Of a DNA stretch of 64,000 nucleotides, positions 61,797 to 64,000 are shown piece by piece. Within the stretch, counting starts at the first letter, position 1. The number at the start of each line of letters is the position of its first letter. A program made the position numbers and the translations under genes. Source of the DNA: an uncultured Candidatus Bathyarchaeia archaeon (GTDB lineage Archaea > Thermoproteota > Bathyarchaeia > Bathyarchaeales > Bathyarchaeaceae); assembly GCA_964655075.1 (NCBI GenBank), contig CAZZLD010000002.1:166795-230794 (forward strand), read 5' to 3'. Below the pieces are notes generated by a model. That model was given only the letters and a program-made list of their open reading frames with translations, had not been told where the DNA came from and ran no database searches.

Positions 61797-62618
61797 ATGT
61801 CTTCAGTGCCTTCGTGGCAGAAACTTTCAGAACACGCGGGGTTGTCGGAATACGAGGCGAAAGTCTATGTTTCTCTAATCGAAAAAGGTTCTTCCAAAGC
61901 AAGAAAGGTAAGCATGATTTGCGGTGTGCCCAGAACAAAGGTTTACGGAACCCTAAAAAAGCTGATCGAAAGAGGCCTAGTGATTGAAGTACCAGGAGAA
62001 CCACGAAAGTACGCACCCACATCTCCGGCTAACGCCTTCAGAATCTACCTGCAGTCCTACCAAGAAAAAGCAGAGAACCTCAATGACATAGTGTCATCTC
62101 TAGAGAATAATTACAAAAAGATGAACATTGAAACTGAACCTCAAAAGGAAGACATGTGGATAATCCAAGGACGCCATGGAATTCTGCGAAGGATCCGCGA
62201 GATGCTTTCTGGCGCAGAGGAATCTGTTGATGTCACAACCACTGAAAACGGTTTAATTCTTTTCTATAAAGCAGTCAACAAATTGCTAGACAAACTAGAA
62301 GCGAAGGGCGTAAAGATTCGAATAGGAGCACCCATCAGTTTTCATAATGAAAGCTTAGCTCAAGAGCTGAAGTACGTATGCGAAATTAAGAATGTGAACG
62401 TTGACTTACCGATTTTATTCCTACAAGTCGATGATCACGAATGCCTCTTCATAAAATTGACTCCAGACGATTTCAACACAGACTCAGGCGAGGACATTGG
62501 CGTATTCTCCGAAAACGAGATATTAGGCAGAATGGTCTCTCTTTTGCTTCCCAAGCCGAACAAGGACGTTTACAGCCGTCGTATTACGACTCAGGCTTCT
62601 CCCGTCCTGTCTCCGTAA
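61797..62618 (+). CDS. TrmB-family transcriptional regulator
   Basis: LSEYEAKVYVSLIEKGSSKARKVSMICGVPRTKVYGTLKKLIERGLVIEVPGEPRKY (TrmB wHTH) plus a TrmB C-terminal-like domain. Confidence 0.85.
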   Translation: MSSVPSWQKLSEHAGLSEYEAKVYVSLIEKGSSKARKVSMICGVPRTKVYGTLKKLIERGLVIEVPGEPRKYAPTSPANAFRIYLQSYQEKAENLNDIVSSLENNYKKMNIETEPQKEDMWIIQGRHGILRRIREMLSGAEESVDVTTTENGLILFYKAVNKLLDKLEAKGVKIRIGAPISFHNESLAQELKYVCEIKNVNVDLPILFLQVDDHECLFIKLTPDDFNTDSGEDIGVFSENEILGRMVSLLLPKPNKDVYSRRITTQASPVLSP

Positions 62619-62708
62619 AACCAACATTTCACAATAGAACAGGCAGAACCTTCGTTCCGATGGTTCTCTGCAAATTCTCCAAATTTACTTCGCTGAATAA
62701 AATAAAGA

Positions 62709-63062
62709 CTAGATGATTTGGGGGATATGTATAGGCGATTGCGGTTGTTTTGGCTTTTTATCTGCGATGATTGTAGCTGAATGTTTTAGTTCTGGTGTAA
62801 AGCGTACAGTGGCACTTCTGAAATTGCTTTTCAGTTTGTTGATGCCGGGCATGCACGTTATCCAAACTCCAAACTCGTCCAGTATGAGGGTTTCTCTGTG
62901 AACATCCCAGATGCGTCGCCATCCGCATTTGGCGCAGTGGTCCGTCCATAATTTATGTTCGGTCATCCATTGTCTGTCTATCCAGCGGTGTCCCTTCGAG
63001 TTCTTTGTTCCCTTTGGGCAACGTTTCATGTATTCGTCAAACCACTCTTTAAAATCAATCAT
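62709..63062 (-). CDS. hypothetical Trp/His/Cys-rich protein
   Basis: 117-aa ORF with possible metal ligands (CPKG...H...CAKCG). No family recognised. Confidence 0.35.
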   Translation of the reverse strand: MIDFKEWFDEYMKRCPKGTKNSKGHRWIDRQWMTEHKLWTDHCAKCGWRRIWDVHRETLILDEFGVWITCMPGINKLKSNFRSATVRFTPELKHSATIIADKKPKQPQSPIHIPQII

Positions 63063-63292
63063 TGCTTTCCGCCTCTCGTTTCATTTACCGTGGTAGCAGG
63101 TCGTATTTTCCATATGATAATCGGCATCAAATCGTATTAATCTGGTGTAACCCAGAATTTTTGTTTTCGGTGACAGCCCAGCGTGCTCCAGCTTTTGAAA
63201 TGTCACCATTACCTTTGCTTTATGGTCACACCATTTTTAGATATAGCCAGAACATGTTCTATGCTGAGTGTGTAGCCTAAAGGGATTTTGAA

Positions 63293-64000
63293 ATGGTTCA
63301 AGGACGTGTTCCAACCGGGATAGAGGGCTTAGACCCGCTGATCGAAGGCGGCTTACCTAGGGGCAGTCTCATCCTTGTCGCGGGCAACCCAGGAACTGGA
63401 AAAACCTGTTTGAGCGCTGAGTTTCTTTATCAAGGCGCAATCAAGTTCTCAGAGAACGGTTTGTTTGTCTCGTTCGCGGAGGGACGAGAAACTTTCGTTG
63501 AGAACATGCTTAAATTCGGTTTGGATTTTAAGAAACTGGCGAAAAAAGGAAAATTTGAAGTTCTTGATTTAGTGACGACTAAGGAGAAGGGTATAGAAAC
63601 CGTTATGGAACTGGTCATGAGCGAAGTTGCTTCGCTTGGAGCCGAGAGGTTGGTTATTGACTCCTTCTCCGCTATGACTCATGCATTCGAAAGGAAAATT
63701 GACGCCAGAATCTTCGTTCACCTTTTAAGCAAAATGGTCCGTCAAACAGGTTGCATAACTTTACTGATAATAGAGATCCCTACAGGCAGCAACCAAATAG
63801 GTCTAGGAATTGAGGAGTTCCTGTCCGATGGAATTTTAATTTTGAAAAAGACTAGAATCGAGGGCAGGTTGGCTAGGGAGTTCGAAATAGCCAAGATGCG
63901 GGGAACCAAACTGGAAGAAACGGTCTTCCTTTTTTCACTCAACAACGGCTTCCACGTTTTTCCTCCGTTTGAACAAAAACCTGTCGAAAAGCCCAAAAGA
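63293..64000 (+). CDS. KaiC/RecA-superfamily ATPase (3' end cut by window edge)
   Basis: Manual translation gives MVQGRVPTGIEGLDPLIEGGLPRGSLILVAGNPGTGKTCLSAEFLY... (Walker A), LVIDSFSA (Walker B) and ...IAKMRGTK. It is not in the track because the ORF is open at the window end. Confidence 0.85.
   Translation, partial: MVQGRVPTGIEGLDPLIEGGLPRGSLILVAGNPGTGKTCLSAEFLYQGAIKFSENGLFVSFAEGRETFVENMLKFGLDFKKLAKKGKFEVLDLVTTKEKGIETVMELVMSEVASLGAERLVIDSFSAMTHAFERKIDARIFVHLLSKMVRQTGCITLLIIEIPTGSNQIGLGIEEFLSDGILILKKTRIEGRLAREFEIAKMRGTKLEETVFLFSLNNGFHVFPPFEQKPVEKPKR

Noticed and set aside
1-64000. Searched for CRISPR arrays, tRNA/rRNA genes, integrases, transposases and IS terminal inverted repeats
   Set aside because: I saw no regularly spaced direct repeats with unique spacers, no cloverleaf-like GC-rich 70-90 nt segments in the spacers, and no ORF with integrase or transposase motifs. 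The absence is based on reading by eye, not on tRNAscan or CRISPR tools.

Overview
This is an archaeal chromosomal segment. The evidence is an archaeal-type uL3-uL4-uL23-uL2 operon, S15/S13e, the KEOPS genes Pcc1, Kae1 and Bud32 as separate genes, RtcB, an MJ0400-type ADH synthase, a RecJ/Cdc45-like DHH protein and a crenarchaeal-type PGI/PMI. The gene content suggests a TACK or Bathyarchaeia-like lineage, but that is only a guess.

Housekeeping genes include pstB-phoU, serS, the KEOPS genes, rtcB and ribosomal proteins. Between them lie visibly more AT-rich accessory patches at about 11.0-14.6, 18.9-20.8, 36.5-37.7, 43.1-44.7, 52.4-53.9 and 56.7-58.3 kb. AT-richness was judged by eye only.

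The window also carries seven large secreted proteins with C-terminal membrane anchors (8.9, 14.8, 24.0, 28.0, 32.1, 51.1 and 52.5 kb). They are built from shuffled modules: cohesin, PKD, NosD-like beta-helix, subtilase, CARDB, Ig-like repeats, a 28-aa repeat stalk and two uncharacterised domains.

The most interesting candidates are:
1. A possible anchor-sorting locus at 23.5-31.6 kb. A minimal exosortase/archaeosortase-like membrane protein and a CPBP intramembrane protease bracket two giant cargo proteins, and PEF-CTERM-like tails occur on two proteins in the window.
2. A 5-kb cassette at 36.5-41.5 kb (ArsR plus membrane protein, Zn-ribbon protein, FtsX/ABC pair, HtrA). It is bounded by the 3' end of the subtilase gene and a degraded copy of that same 3' end.
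3. A conserved leader/promoter element (a GATATC box and an exact 14-mer TTAAAAGCTTAACG) shared by several AT-rich accessory genes.
4. A 491-aa orphan protein with a C-terminal HEPN-like RHAIAHG motif, wedged directly upstream of the ribosomal protein operon.
5. A PD-(D/E)xK nuclease gene paired with a frameshifted partner.

I found no tRNA, rRNA, CRISPR array, integrase or transposase. Three plausible ORFs shorter than 60 aa, absent from the ORF track, were found by manual translation.
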